Made by a program: the position numbers and the translations under genes. Positions 1-55,580 of a DNA stretch of 64,000 bases are shown here, one piece after another. This DNA is from Phoronis australis (taxonomy: Eukaryota > Animalia > Phoronida), in assembly GCA_002633005.1 (NCBI GenBank), contig NMRA01000002.1, positions 2,073,756-2,137,755 on the forward strand. The letters are read 5' to 3'. Each line of letters begins with the position of its first letter. The first letter of the stretch is position 1. A model generated the notes under the pieces. The model was not told where the DNA came from. It searched no databases and worked only from the letters and a program-made list of their open reading frames with translations.

Positions 1-174
1 CCCCCCCGTAGATCCGCCTCTGTATCCTTTGGATTCTTCAGAATATGGCGGTTCGAGCAGAGCGTCATCGTCGCAAGCGCTACGCGTATGACTAAAAAGG
101 CATCTAATGATTATATGACCGAGTTTCACCTCAATTGGTCCCCAATTTAAGGTTGGCGGGCAGGGGTCTTGCCC

Positions 175-325
175 CAGTGGCGGATTTAGTGGGGGCCATG
201 GCCCCCCCAAAATTATCCCAGATTGCACTTGGCGGTTCCGGGGGTGCGAATGTCTGACGGGTAAAATCCTGGTTATTTTACTCTACTCTGACCTCCCAAA
301 ACTCAAAATCCTGGATCCGCCCCCG
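175..325. mobile_element. ~150-bp MITE with CAG(T/G)GGCGGA termini (hAT-like ends, apparent 5-bp TSD)
   Basis: cagtggcggatttag ... ctggatccgcccccg; flanks tgccc/tgcct; inverted homolog at 31716-31875. Positions 1-22 (tagatccgcctctg) look like the right end of a related element. Confidence 0.7.
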
Positions 326-1782
326 TGCCTGCCCTTTTACCGCAAAAAGTAAAATGACACGGAAATAAATGTGTGCATTTACTTTTACTTTGTTGCTGTT
401 AATAGTGAGCAAGTTTTTTAATATGTGTACGTGTGTTGTACACAGACAATACAAAATTAAAAATATCGCCTCATGTCATAGATCTGCCACTGGGTCCCTT
501 GCCGTTTTTCTGGGCACAACTTTTTCTCTGATGAAATTTTCTCTCTGGCCTTTATTCTGGCGCCATATCTCTGCAAGCCTGCTGCTTACGTCGACTTGAT
601 TTGGCATCAACTTTCTTGTTCTCGACTATGACATAGAATTGTTCTCCGATCAGTTATGGGAGGGAACAGTTTTCCTCGTGAGAAAAGCTTTTAGCCCTTT
701 TTCGCATCTGTATGCACTGATTCTACTCAGTGTTGTGTGCCCTTGTGTACCCACGTGATCAAGGTTTCATTGAAGCACTTCAATAGTTTCTTTGTTGGGT
801 TAATCCGGATCAACACAGTAGGGTGGCTTGGATACTTTAAACATAGTTTTACTAAACCGGCTACACGGTCAAACAAAACCAGGTTTTCAGACTTATAAAC
901 CATGTTGGTGAAATGCAAGTTAGGTCTAAAATTAGACCAGATTTAGAAAGACCAGATTTAAGTCTTAAACCCGGTTTTGTTGAACCACCTTTATGAAATC
1001 GGCTGCTGGTATCAAGTGTCCTGATAGTGAGTCGTTTATTTGGAGTTTCCTCTTAAAAAGCCCACTCAGCGTCAACTTTTGGCCACAAATTCAGTTTTGT
1101 GGAACATTAATCAGTTGTAAAAACGAACAAAGTGTTGACGAACTATGTATTTAACTTAAAATTAAAAAGCAGTATTACGCAAAAAAATCGCTATTTTCAG
1201 ATCAGCCGAGGCTATGACATTCCGTTTACACGCCCCCTTTTCCAAATGAACGCCCTGGTGTTTATTTGGTGTTACTGAAACGCCTGAAATTTTTCATTTT
1301 CCGAGTACTAGCCCATGGTCTTATCTACGGGAAATCTCGGTATTACTTTTGGTCAAAATCGAATGCAAAATGGTGCTGCATCGGCCATTTTTTAACTTAA
1401 CACTTTGATCCATAGCTTTGCTGTCCTCGTACGGATTTTCCAAAGTTTTGGCATTTGAATAGTGCTTTCGTCCGTTTCCAACTAAGACTTGTTAAAATTA
1501 CTAAGTGCTTCAAATAATAGGCATGCTTGCCACAACCCACAGCCTGGGAACATATCAGTCAGCGTCCATTCACTTTATTTCAAAAACTTTATCCTTGGTT
1601 TTTGTTGAATTCTTTCCCTTTAGAAAGATGAGCTCAAAGCTACATATACATAAGGATATGGGTTAAATTGCTCCCTATTAGAGCAAAAAGTATTCCAAGG
1701 AACCTTCAATACATACCGTCAAACATCCAAAAAAAAAACACACGAAGTACACTTGAGCAAAAGACAATACAACAATGTAACG

Positions 1783-1788
1783 TTTATT
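1783..1788 (-). terminator. Candidate polyadenylation signal (AATAAA) of the SH2D4-like gene, implying a ~2.4 kb 3'UTR
   Basis: TTTATT on + at 1783-1788; T/GT-rich sequence follows on the minus strand; 1790-4178 looks UTR-like (U-rich on minus). Other hexamers may exist. Confidence 0.4.
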
Positions 1789-4178
1789 TTGAAGTTCTTG
1801 CATGAAAATTCACATGTGGATGCAAATTGACTAAGCATGTTATTTCACTGATGGCATTATATACAATAAATCGAAAGTTAATAAAACCCCGTTCATCTTT
1901 CAAAGCGAAACTCTAAAAAACGCAACAAATTACTCATGATTCAAATGTTTGTAAACCCTGTTACAAGTAAGCCAAAATATACAAATATGATCACAATATC
2001 AATATTAGAGAAACATCCCTTTAAGCACAATGAAAATAGTTTCAGCACTGCTGCAGTGTCAAGACGAAGATTCACAGAAACCTATGACAAAAGTAAACTT
2101 GTCCATCAAAAGTCATTAACTCAAAACCAGATGACTAAAAATGTTTAATATTGACTGTTTGGTGTCATTACCAGGTGCACCAACTTACAGGTTCCCATTT
2201 AGCAAACAATGGGAAAAATTCAATGAAGTTTCAAACTAAGGTTGATAACGCTGACAAGCTCTGTTCAATGATAAAGGTACCTTGTTAAGGGCAAATTTTC
2301 TTCACAACCAGACAAAAATAACCTAAGGCTATGACTGATCATTAGGTTCTCCAGTACATATTCAAAGCATAACTAACAAGACTGATAACAAACTTTACAT
2401 TAAATAGTCTCTCCAACAGGGGACATTACAATTGCAAGAAAATAAGAAAATTTTATGATATACTTCATATTGCAAAATAAAAAGCTTAAATAACTAAATA
2501 ACTGTCTAGCAATTCAGATTAACCTTTCAGTATAATGAGATTAGTAATTTATTGAGAATTTAATTAACATAATTTACAATTAGCATTATTTGTGTCATAA
2601 AATTCCGTATTCAAATATGTAAATAACTATAATGTCGTTAAATTCTAAAGTGAATATAACTCCTAGTAGCCAAAGACAAGCTAATTTGTTGATAATTCTA
2701 CACAAAATATACAGGCAAGCTGAAAAGAACTACAACTTTGAGTTTATTTCCTACAGTCCACAGTAGTGTATGCTACACAACAATTCAAGAACCTGTTGGA
2801 CTAGAATGACATAAACATGTCAAAGTGAGTGCATAAAAATGTATTTACACAAATATGAGCAATCTCTTAAGGAAGCAACTCATGATCAAATCATACTAGA
2901 TTTACAGAAAGTGTACAAATATTAAAATTCATAATGTAGGTCTACTCGAAGCAATCAGAGACTACTTCTGAATTTTAAGTCTAAAAATGTTTCACAGAAA
3001 TTACCAGAGGTCTTAATATTGCTGGCGAACCTTGCATGACCGCATATGAACCAGGAGGCGTCCCTTCCCAGACTTCTTTTGCTTTTAATCATTGAAATGA
3101 CACAAATGACTGTTTTAAGAGAATCCCAGGGCACAAAACATTGCTGGATTGACTCAAAATATTGTTGGACCAACTCAAGACTATAAATCAATTACATGGC
3201 TCTGCTGAATTAGTAACTTATCCAAAAATGCATTTTGGCAAAAAAAAGACGGCAAATGAAGAAAAGTAAGTTTGGTTTGGACAGAACATTGCACTCATGA
3301 GTTAAAAGGATAAGTTCAAGCAAATTTTTTAATGTCCAACTCAATACAAGCCCAAACCTATGGCAATTAACAGACATGTACTCAGACACAGAGTCATTGA
3401 AATTTCCATGTTATACTTTGTTAAATCATATAGAAATGCAAATATGGTTTAGAATCAAAAAAGCCAACTTGTGACTATTGTATTTAACCTCCTATTCATA
3501 CCAAATTGTGCAAACTATTATTTCAGTAAACACCTGCACCACACATTATAACAAGGTTATTTCATTTTGACATGTTCAAATTATTGTGTCTGGCAATGAC
3601 AGATATACAGACTTTAAGTTTTCATACCATCACTGCAAGGATATGTACAAATTATTTGGGGTGTACGGACTCACAGAGGAATTACAGTAAGAGTAAAGAT
3701 CCGTGTGTCAGCACCAATGACTATAGAAAAGCCATGTCACACATTAACTGCATGAACCCAAGCCACAAGGTCACAAGGCAGACTCTTTACAAGCAGATTT
3801 CTTTGCAAGCAAGACTTCTACTGGTCTGCGGGCAATCACACTATGCAGAGTGTGGAAGGCCATGTTATGACTATTTGAAATTGGCAAGCTAGTACTTTTC
3901 GCACCGTGTCAGAAGGATTTTTGGTAGAGGCTAGTAACACCCGTAATACTGGTCTCAATTGTTCCTTTGATTATTAGGAAACGTTTCTTGTATTTTGGAA
4001 GAATTGCCAGTAAGTTATTGCTTGAGACCCGACTCAACAAGTAAGATGATTTCAGGTGGCCAACATGAAATAAAAGCAACATGAGAACCAAATCAAAGTT
4101 AAGCTGCTTCAACTGAAGGCCAGTGCACAACACCATCAACTGATCACTCAACCCGTTATTTCGTCACAGCTGTGCTCG

Positions 4179-45757
<41,579 letters not shown>

Positions 45758-48700
45758 TTAGTCATGGCAGAGATTTTACAGATTCAAGAAGAAAATACGA
45801 AAACCTGTACAATACAACTATGAAAGCTAATACGTTAAAACGTCGAAAAAGAAGGCCCAATATCTTTTTAATGGATAGCACACAAAATTTGCACAAGATC
45901 AACTGGAGTGAAGACTATGGTGTAAACTATTGAGCAAGCATCAATTTGTAGTTATTGTAACTAAAGCAACATAGCATTGAAATGCGCCCAGGGCTGTACC
46001 GCAAACAGCATACTTCTGAAGGGTATTAATGGTACAGATGGTGCACAATATAAGTTAAAGCTGTCTGAAAATGGGAAGGCCAGATCATCTTTACAGAAAC
46101 CTATTTGCAAAATTTTTTATTGGCGCATAGAAAGGCACAAATAACAATGGGCATTCTGTAATGTGGAAAACAACTAATCCATCTGACAATACCAAGTTGT
46201 TGTGGTCTACACAGAAACCTATAGTTCCAAAATTCATGAAACTGTATCAAGAAACTTCGAAGGTAACAATGTAAATATAAAAATTTTAAATTGCTACTTA
46301 AGAGGGAACAGGGGTAGGTAGATCTGCCTGAATGTCATCATCAGTTGCTGGAACGTTAATAGAAAAACACTTGCCATATTTCACCAATATCCTAAAAGGG
46401 GATAAGGAAAATATAGCTGATTAAATGCAAAAAAACAAAACAGTCACTACGGTACACCCTCGTAGACAAACCTAACAAAAAAGCCTCGGCAGAAACACAT
46501 CTGCCAATTTTCTTAATGATCTTTGGAGCAGTTTGGTAGATACAGAGGTGGACTCATAAATAAAAAAAAATGTCCACTGGGGCCCGGAATCTAATCTTTG
46601 TACTAGAAACGAACTCAAGATTATTTTTGGCAATTTTTCTGCTACTTTTGTGCAAATTCAAGATAAGTGGTTATTAGTTTACGCAAATGTGTTTCTGGTC
46701 CAAGTTTGCACTTGATGACCTTTACATTCGTTCTGCAAATTCGAGTAAAGACGCAAAATTTTGAGTTCAGACTTGAACTTTTAGCCTTGATGTTGGGTTT
46801 ATCAACTGCAAACTAGGACTAAAAAATTATCCACATAAGTCATTATGTGTTGAGCATAGAATAATAGACACTTATCTTGAGTTCGCACAAAAGTAGAGTA
46901 GAAAATGCCAAATATACTTTCGAGTTCCATTCCTAGTAAAGAGATTAGAACCCAGGCCTGGGTGGCACAAATACGAAAGAATGAAAAAACATTGTGGCTT
47001 TTTAACAAACCTATTTGCCAGACATCACGAAAATCTGTTGAAGAACTTGATACAAGAGGTATACAATTGCCACTAGGAGGCATTGTGGTGACCGGATCCA
47101 TTCAAAAGTTGTTTTCATCGGTCACGTTCACAGAAAACACTACTCAAATTTTACGAAGATCCTCAGGAGATATAGAACTGGATGCAAAAAATTGCCATTA
47201 GATGGTGCCGTCGGCAGTAGTCAAGCCAATGCGAAAATCAACGACAGCCATAGTCATCTCGGAGGAACACATGCCAATTTTCGTAATAATCTTTTGAGCA
47301 GTTTCACAGTTAAAGATGTGGACACCAAAAAATGAACTAAAAAATAATGAACATGGCATTAGGCGGCACAAAAATACATCAAATTCATCTGAAAATGGAA
47401 AGCCATTGTCATCTCCTTAATAGACATTTACCAAATTTCATCAAAATCCATAAAGAAACTTTGAATACAGAGGAAAACGTATAAACTAAACTCGTCACTT
47501 GGGGGCACATCAGCAGTTCAATGGGTTTCAAATTCATCGCCACCTGTGGTACCACTAAGCTTCTTAGGAACACATCTGTCAAATCTCATTTAAGATCCTT
47601 CTAGGGGTTCATGACATACAGCAGCCAGACAGAGATGGCAAATTTTGTATGGGCACATGAAAAGGACAGTCAAGTACTCCAAGCTGCAACTTAAAACTGA
47701 GGAAAACTGTCTCTTAACATTCAACATCGCCAAAATACAAGACACAGTGCGTATTATATTCGGAAATAACAAACAACTTGGGATAAGTATAACAAAATTG
47801 TCATCTTATTGAATATTTATATTAAAGTTGCCACTTAGGTGAGGCCCGCATTATCTAACCTACTAGATTTACAGTGGCAGCTGAATGCCCTGCTGCTGAG
47901 CAACATTATAAATAGCAGAGTATTTTTAAGTGTATTGATGTGGTAAAAACATTGGCCTTGATTTTAGCAAATGTCCAGAGGACAATGACAGACTTTGAAG
48001 TATTATAGCTCTGATCAAAGTATTATTGTAAATTCAAGAAGCCAATCTCGCACAACAACACATAATTCCCAAAATGCATTTTCCGGCCGTAAAAATAATG
48101 ATGTCCCTTTAAGTCAGCCTTTCCTCAAAAAGCATCGATAAAATTCCCTTTTTGGTGTCTGAGGAGAATAATGAAGGGTATCTCATTGCATGTCACCCAC
48201 GCCGTCATTTTTTATTCAAGCAGCAAATTACGCCTTTTATTGAACTAATTAAATAACTGATGATAGGAAAATACCGTTACTATCAGTATCCAGGAAGAAA
48301 TCTGCGAATCACAATTACAAAATCAAGTAAACATTGTCCACATGTCAAGTACTTTATAATTTAAAACAAATAATAGCAAACGGTCTGTAGAGATAAACAG
48401 GAAGTCTGCTGCTCCTAAGGAAATTTCAAGAGTATTCTTCAGAAAACCTCGCACAAAGGTGTGTTACAGGAAATCTATCATAACTGGACAGACCTGAGAC
48501 TAAGCCAAACATGCAAAATGAAAAGGATGATTGTAAACATGTAAGTAGGAAAATCCTCAAAGGTGTAGCATTACAGATACCTATCATAGCATGATGCTCT
48601 CCAAATTGAGTCAGACAAAATGATTAATTCTCGTCAACTCGGTCAATGAATCAAACCTCAAGTTTAATAATAACTCGGTGAGGCATCGCCACCTATTGGG

Positions 48701-49169
48701 CACTAAATTAAACTGATCAAGCAGCTGTCATGAGTGAGCAGCTGAACTGGAGTTGACAAAAAATATGTTGTCAAGACCTTGAGTGTCAAAAATGTTTTGT
48801 AGATACGTGGAAATGCAGCAGCTGTGGTATAATCTTTAAGAAAGGATGACACTTGAGTTGATCTCGTTATCTTCCATTTTCCCTAAACCACTCTTTCTTT
48901 CTAAGGAAGTGTCAAAATGGGCTCAACACTGACTGGCCAGCTAAGAACTACACCAGCGCCCACATTCACCTGAGAGGAAAGGTGCCTGTGCCTTCTCAGC
49001 CATATCAGAGGGTATTTTTCTGAGGTGAAGGGAAATTTATGCACCCCATTCCCCACGTCGCCAACACTCATGGCCAATACTAATTTTGTGTTGCTCCAAA
49101 TAGTCACCTGTGTCAGTTTACAAGTGATTCAAACCTCAAGAGGTATGTTTAATCACTAAAGAGGAATGC

Positions 49170-49594
49170 TTGGATCGAAGTTAACAGTGCCAGTTAACGT
49201 CGTACTAAACAGGTGGATTTAATAGCAGTGTCGATGCTGCGGTGCGGTATGAACGGTCAACTTTGGTCCAATCGAATTTATCGCCAAGTGTCACTGTTAT
49301 CGTCAACAATTAAAGGGTAGTGTAGTTGCTAACAGTTATTATAATGCGCTAGAATAATCACAAATTGAATTAAAAATAAGTTTTATGTCAATTACCAGTC
49401 ATGTAACCCAAATTGTCACACTTAAAAAAACCTTAGCGTGCAACGCTACCTTGCGATTACTTCGACGAAAACAGCATCACCTGTTTACTTCGATGTTCCT
49501 TAACTACCAAAGCCAGTATGAATGGTTTAGTTAACTTCGCAGTTTACGTCAACGCTCCGCTCAGACAGGAGTTAAGTCAGTATGAAAGGCTTTA
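49170..49594. mobile_element. 5'-truncated diverged copy of the same Harbinger-type MITE
   Basis: Colinear similarity to 50036-50474, ending cagtatgaaaggctttaa. Confidence 0.7.
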
Positions 49595-49961
49595 AATCTC
49601 ATCAACATATCAAATTTCAGAAAGACCCTTGCAGACCTATGGCTACTGGAAAAAGAAAAAAATATGACACAACAACGGCTCTTGTGTTTGATTTGATAAA
49701 AAACAGGAGGCCTCGAGATATTCTTAAGTGAGATATTATGTTTTCAGGTTTCATGGTAAATCCGATGAGATATGAGTTCTATATCGGGCCAATAATAAGG
49801 AAGGTCTGGAACCCACTTTGTTCTTGCACTCTTAAATAGCTGCTGGTACCAGACACATATCTCAGATTCAAGAATTTGAGGTGTCAGTACATTTAACTCA
49901 AGAATGTCAGGTCAAACTGAAAATGAATGTCAAGTAAACTAACAAAAACGAAAAATCTTTA

Positions 49962-50474
49962 AGGGCCTTTCATACTAACGTCAACGCGTCGATGGTTTGG
50001 GGAGTTGCGGTCACTATGAACGCTTAACTCCGGTCCTGGATCGCAGTTAACAGCTCCAGTTAACATCGCAGTTAACAGGTGGATTTAAGACCGCTGCGTT
50101 GACGCTGTGGTGCAGTATGAACGCTTAACTCCGGTCCAATCGAAGTTATAGCCAGGTGCCACTGTTATCGTCAACAGTTACAGAGTAGTGCCGTCACTAA
50201 TAACTACTTATTTTTTTGCTCTAATGATAACCAATCGATTTAAAAATGAGTATGAATTTAATGTCATTTAGCACATTTAAATGTTCCCAAATTGTCACAT
50301 TGAAAAAATCTTAGCGTGCAGCGCTACCTTGCGATAACTTCGCTGACGTCAGCGTCACCAACCCTTTACTTCGATGGTCATTAACTACCGAAGCCAGTAT
50401 GAACGGTCCAGTTAACTGCACTGTTTACGTCGACGCTCCGCTCAGACCGCAGTAAAGGCAATATGAAAGGGCAT
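49962..50474. mobile_element. Non-autonomous DNA transposon (PIF/Harbinger-type MITE), full-length copy
   Basis: Termini AGGGCCTTTCATA ... TATGAAAGGGC(A/C)T with TTA on both sides (3-bp TWA TSD); internal subrepeats tatgaacgcttaactccggtcc. Confidence 0.75.
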
Positions 50475-53400
50475 TTACAGAGCAACATACTATCTAGCAA
50501 AATCTCACTCACCAAATAATCAGGTTAGCAGGAATATCAACTAGGTTGAACAAAATAAAAAAACCTGAACAAGAATCGCAGTCTCAATTATCATGCTACC
50601 AAAAACATTTATTGACATTACCCCTAGGCATCCGGAAATCCAAAATATATTACAATAAGACTGACATACCGTAGACTAGTGAAAACTGACAACACCATCC
50701 CTGAAATTTTCTGACAAACATCTGGGTGTCAAATGAATGTAATAGACACGGGACTCATTTCACTATAGTTGTACCTATATGGCATGTTTTTGATTTACAA
50801 GATAACTTTAAAAATCTAATTACATTTCACTGAAATAAAACCTAAGTTCTAAGACCAATTTAAGTGTCCTAATAAACCCACTTTTGAATTGAAGAATTAT
50901 ATCAATGTTGCCACAGATTTAGGTCAAAAAAGGTTGCTAGATACTGGAGTTCATAAAGACTTTTGGCTTTTATCGATTTCGTTCAAATGACAATTGACAA
51001 ACAATTTTTTTATTCGTATTCACTCATCATTCGGTCCTGAGTCACAAATGTACATGGTACACCTCATTACGGGATCCCTTTTACAGAAGGCCAAGACTTA
51101 GCTAAGATGAACGTACATTGGACTTTCCATTGTCAAACAATTCACGAAGCCAAGGTTCATGTAGGCAAATGTTCAGATAAATATGAAAGTAGCACTGTTT
51201 TGCTCACATAAACATGTCTGTGATCAGACTAACGGATTTTGATAAACAGACCCTAATCTCCAACGTCCTCTAAGAGTTCGACTTCTAGAAGAAACCTACC
51301 TTCTATTTTTTATTCAAAGCTATCAACCACCATTTCTAATGTAGTAAACAGATGCTCGAGACCCACTTCCGTAACTAATAAGCTTTATCTAAAAATATCA
51401 GATAACCAAATCAGGAAATAATGTCACGGCTTGATAGACAAGCTGACAATGAACACGTTCTTTTCCTCCTTGTCAGGCTGAAAACAAATTCTATCTGGGC
51501 CAAAAAATACACTACATGACTACTGCATACATCAGAATTGAAAAAATAATGGAAAATATGTCACACAAGTCATGGAGTTTTCTGAATCAAGTTCCTAGTG
51601 AAGGTCTCAGTCTAAACCAAACACTCGAGCCCCAATCATTTAAAATGATTTTTGATCATAGCCATAGGTGCTGATAGCTATTTTCTATTTCCTGGTGAAC
51701 ATTTGTCTAGACTCCTACTGACAGTGTTCTCCACAGACCTGCTTTGACTCCTCGAAGTATCCTGTTTTAATTTTGTCATTTTAACTCTTTAGGAGATTAC
51801 CGGCAATCATTTCTGGAGTAAATTATGACATTTTGGAAATTTGCCACCAGTTTACAAGTTTTATTGAAAGGCCTAAATACAATACAAGCCAAAAGTATTG
51901 AGACAGAATGATCCCGAAGCCCCGTCATGTTGGCTAGGTGGAAGCCACATTCATTTTCAGAGTAGCCTTCTCTCACGACCCAAGATTAAACAGGAAGGTT
52001 TAGTAAGTCAACTAAAGCCATTCTGTAATTCAAATTTTGTTGCCAATAGTCGTTTCCAGTAATTTTGACTGTAACAGACTTAAATGCCAAGACGGGGGGG
52101 GGGGGGGGGGGGNGCGTCACCAACCCTTTACTTCGATGGTCATTAACTACCGAAGCCAGTATGAACGGTCCAGTTAACTGCACTGTTTACGTCGACACTC
52201 CGCTCAGACCACAGTTAAGTCAATATGAAAGGGCCTTTACAGAGCAACATACTATCTAGCAAAATCTCACTCACCACATAATCAGGTTAGCAGGAATATC
52301 AACTAGGTTGAACAAAATAAAAAACCTGAACAAGAATCGCAGTCTCAATTATCATGCTACCAAAAACATTTATTGACATTACCCCTAGGCAACCGGAAAT
52401 CCAAAATATATTACAATAAGACTGACATACCGTAGACTAGTGAAAACTGACAATCACCATCCCTGAAATTTTCTGACAAACATCTGGGTGTCAAATGAAT
52501 GTTATAGACACGGGACTCATTTCACTATAGTTGTACCTATATGGCATGTTTTTGATTTACAAGATAACTTTAAAAATCTAATTACATTTCACTGAAATAA
52601 AACCTAAGTTCTAAGAGCAATTTAAGTGTCCTACTAAACCCAGTTTTGAATTGAAGACTTATATTAATGTTGCCACAGATTTACGGTCAAAAAAGGTTGC
52701 TAGATACTGGAGTTCATAAAGACTTTTTTGGCTTTTATCGATTTCATTCAAATGACAATTGACAAACAATTTTTTTTATTTGTATTCACTCATCATTTGG
52801 TCCTGAGTCACAAATGTACACCGTACACCTCATTACGGGATCCTCTTTACTGAAGGTCAAGACTTAGCTAAGATGAACGTACATTGGACTTTCCATTGTC
52901 AAACAATTCACGAAGTCAAGGTTCATGTAGGCAAATGTTCAGATAAATATGAATGTAGCACTGTTTTGCTCACATAAACATGTCTGTGATCAGACTAACG
53001 GATTTTGATAAACAGACCCTAATCTCCAACGTCCTCTAAGAGTTCGACTTCTAGAGGAAACCTACCTTTTATTTTTTATTCAAAATGTAGTAAACAGATG
53101 CTCGAGACCCACTTCCGTAATTACGGTAATAAGCTTTATCTAAAAATATCAGAAAACCAAATCAGGAAATAATGTCACGGCTTGATAGACAAGCTGACAA
53201 TGAACACGTTCTTTTCCTCCTTGTCAGGCTGAAAACAAATTCTATGTGGGCCAAAAAATACACTATATGACTACTGCATACATCGGAATTGAAAAAATAA
53301 TGGAAAATATGTCATACAAGTCATGGAGTTTTCTGAATCAAGTTCCTAGTGAAGGTCTCAGTCTAAACCAAACACTCGAGCCCCAATCATTAAAAATGAT

Positions 53401-53844
53401 TTTTGATCATAGCCATAGGTGCTGATAGCTATTTTCTATTTCCTGGTGAACCTTTGTCTAGACTCCTACTGACAGTGTTCTCCATAGACCTGCTTTGACT
53501 CCTCGAAGTATCCTGTTTTAATTTTGTCATTTTAACTCTTTAGGAGATTACCGGCAATCATTTCTGGAGTAAATTATGACATTTTGGAAATTTGCCACCA
53601 GTTTACAAGTTTTATTGTAAGGCCTAAATACAATACAAGCCAAAAGTATTGAGACAGAATGATCCCGAAGCCCCGTCATGTTGGCCAGGTGGAAGCCACA
53701 TTCATTTTCAGAGTAGCCTTCTCTCACGACCCAAGATTAAACAGGAAGGTTTAGTAAGTCAACTAAAGCCATTCTGTAATTCAAATTTTGTTGCCAATAG
53801 TCGTTTCCAGTAATTTTGACTGTAACAGACTTAAATGCCAAGAC
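50352..53844. repeat. Tandem segment pair 50352-52093 / 52114-53844 bounded by a poly-G run and n's (probable allelic artefact)
   Basis: Near-identical with small indels; G19 at 52094-52112; n at 52113 and 53845. Confidence 0.9.
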
Positions 53845-55417
53845 NGTCTAATTACTTATGTCTGGTACTGTACATTCCCTCACAGTATGAACACGGATTT
53901 TCGTACATGTTCACAAACTTTGTAATTCATGTTCACAAACTTTGTAATTCATGTCACATTTGAATTACTCTGATGGACAACACTCTATGACATCCACAAG
54001 GCATGTTAGCAACTTTGGTACAACCCCATTAAGCATTTCTACCCATCAGTTTGGTTGAAAAAATAAGTCTTAGTTTGCAACGGACTTCAGTCGCCACCTA
54101 CGAAATATTTTCTAGTTCACAGAGGTGATTAGGTAAAATGTACAAAATGGAGACATTTAGGCAAGTGGGTATTACGATAGCACAATTATTTTAACTCTGG
54201 TGGAGTGGAAGATGGCCCACTTGACAAAGACGTTTTTGTGATGTTGACAATTTTTTGTGAATCGTTACACAAACATGTGAATTTAAGTGCCACATGACAA
54301 TAAAAAATGTGACAAATGTGGTGAAATCTCACTGTCTTGAATCTCCACCAAAGTCACAGGTGAACTGCAGGTGGCGTGGAACACTGCCAGCAAAATTCAC
54401 CCTCCAATGACACAGGTTACTTCAATGTATTACCACTTGAAAAAATGATAGAGTAACGTGTACAGTTGGTTGTGTCCACGCGATGTCAAAAAGCGACGTC
54501 ACATATATGCCTTCTTACCGAATTTCCAAGTTCAACTTCGTTTATTCTATCATGCAATTTGCTTCAATTCAGTTGTTGTTGTTTGTGTTAGACTGCTCCC
54601 TGTTGTTCTCAACAGCTGCTGAAAAATGGGTATTCTGACTTCACCAACTCTCAATAAGTCATAGGTCATAGGTCATAGTTCAAAGCGACTATATACCTGT
54701 CTTCCATCACAACTACCACTTTCAACTTTGAGTTACGAAATAGGTTTCAAAATGTTTCTTAGTCAAATTGGAGGATATTTCAAAGTAGCTTTTTCACAGA
54801 ATATAGTGTAAAATTTAGGCAGAAAGCCCCATTTACAGACAAGTTAAAAGATCAGTACAGTGCCAGTGAGTTGGAAATAAAATATCTGAACCTGAAGTGA
54901 AGTGTTTCATATATGTGCATATAGATTACAGTTTATCAGTCAGTAACATATTTGTATTATAATCCACAGATTGTGTCAGTTGTCAAGTGGCCCATCGTTG
55001 ACTAGATAAGGCAGTCCTGGTGACCAGACCCTTCACATATGAACTCTGCTACCAGACTGTAAACTCGATGGAGTGCATGCAGTACCACCTTTGATAATCA
55101 TTGCTTTGGTTCATGTTTTGAGTTAAACACCTTTATTTTGGTTTTGTAATGCAGCAAGCTGGCATTCCTAATTAAACATGACAAAACCATGGAATGAATA
55201 AAATTCATTGATCAGATTGTTTCAACAACAGGAGTCGCCATGCTGCTAAGTAAACTGATTAACTTCAAGCGATTTTGGCTTTACATAGTTAGACCCTACC
55301 TGTAATCTTCTACCTGAAGTTGCACTTATGAACTGAACGTTAAACATAGATTCTCATCTACACTAATGGTTTTATTGCCAGTTTGGCAACTTATCAGCTA
55401 CTAGACTCTACACTTGA

Positions 55418-55580
55418 ACTCCGTGCAACTGAACCGTGCACCCTGAAAACATGATGATATACCAATAGCTACAGCATTTCTAAAATCAGCCTGTTTACTC
55501 CGTGCAACTGAACCGTGCACCCTGAAAACATGATGATATACCAATAGCTACAGCATTTCTAAAATCAGCCTGTTTACTCC
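55418..55580 (+). repeat. Perfect 79-bp tandem duplication
   Basis: 55418-55496 equals 55497-55575; no n at the junction. Confidence 0.92.

Noticed and set aside
5-17. cccgtagatccg resembles the start of miR-100
   Set aside because: It is the end of a MITE TIR (tagatccgcctctg); the rest of the mature sequence and the hairpin are absent.
52065-52259. Poly-Gly / poly-Pro ORFs
   Set aside because: They come from the G19 run and an n at an assembly junction.
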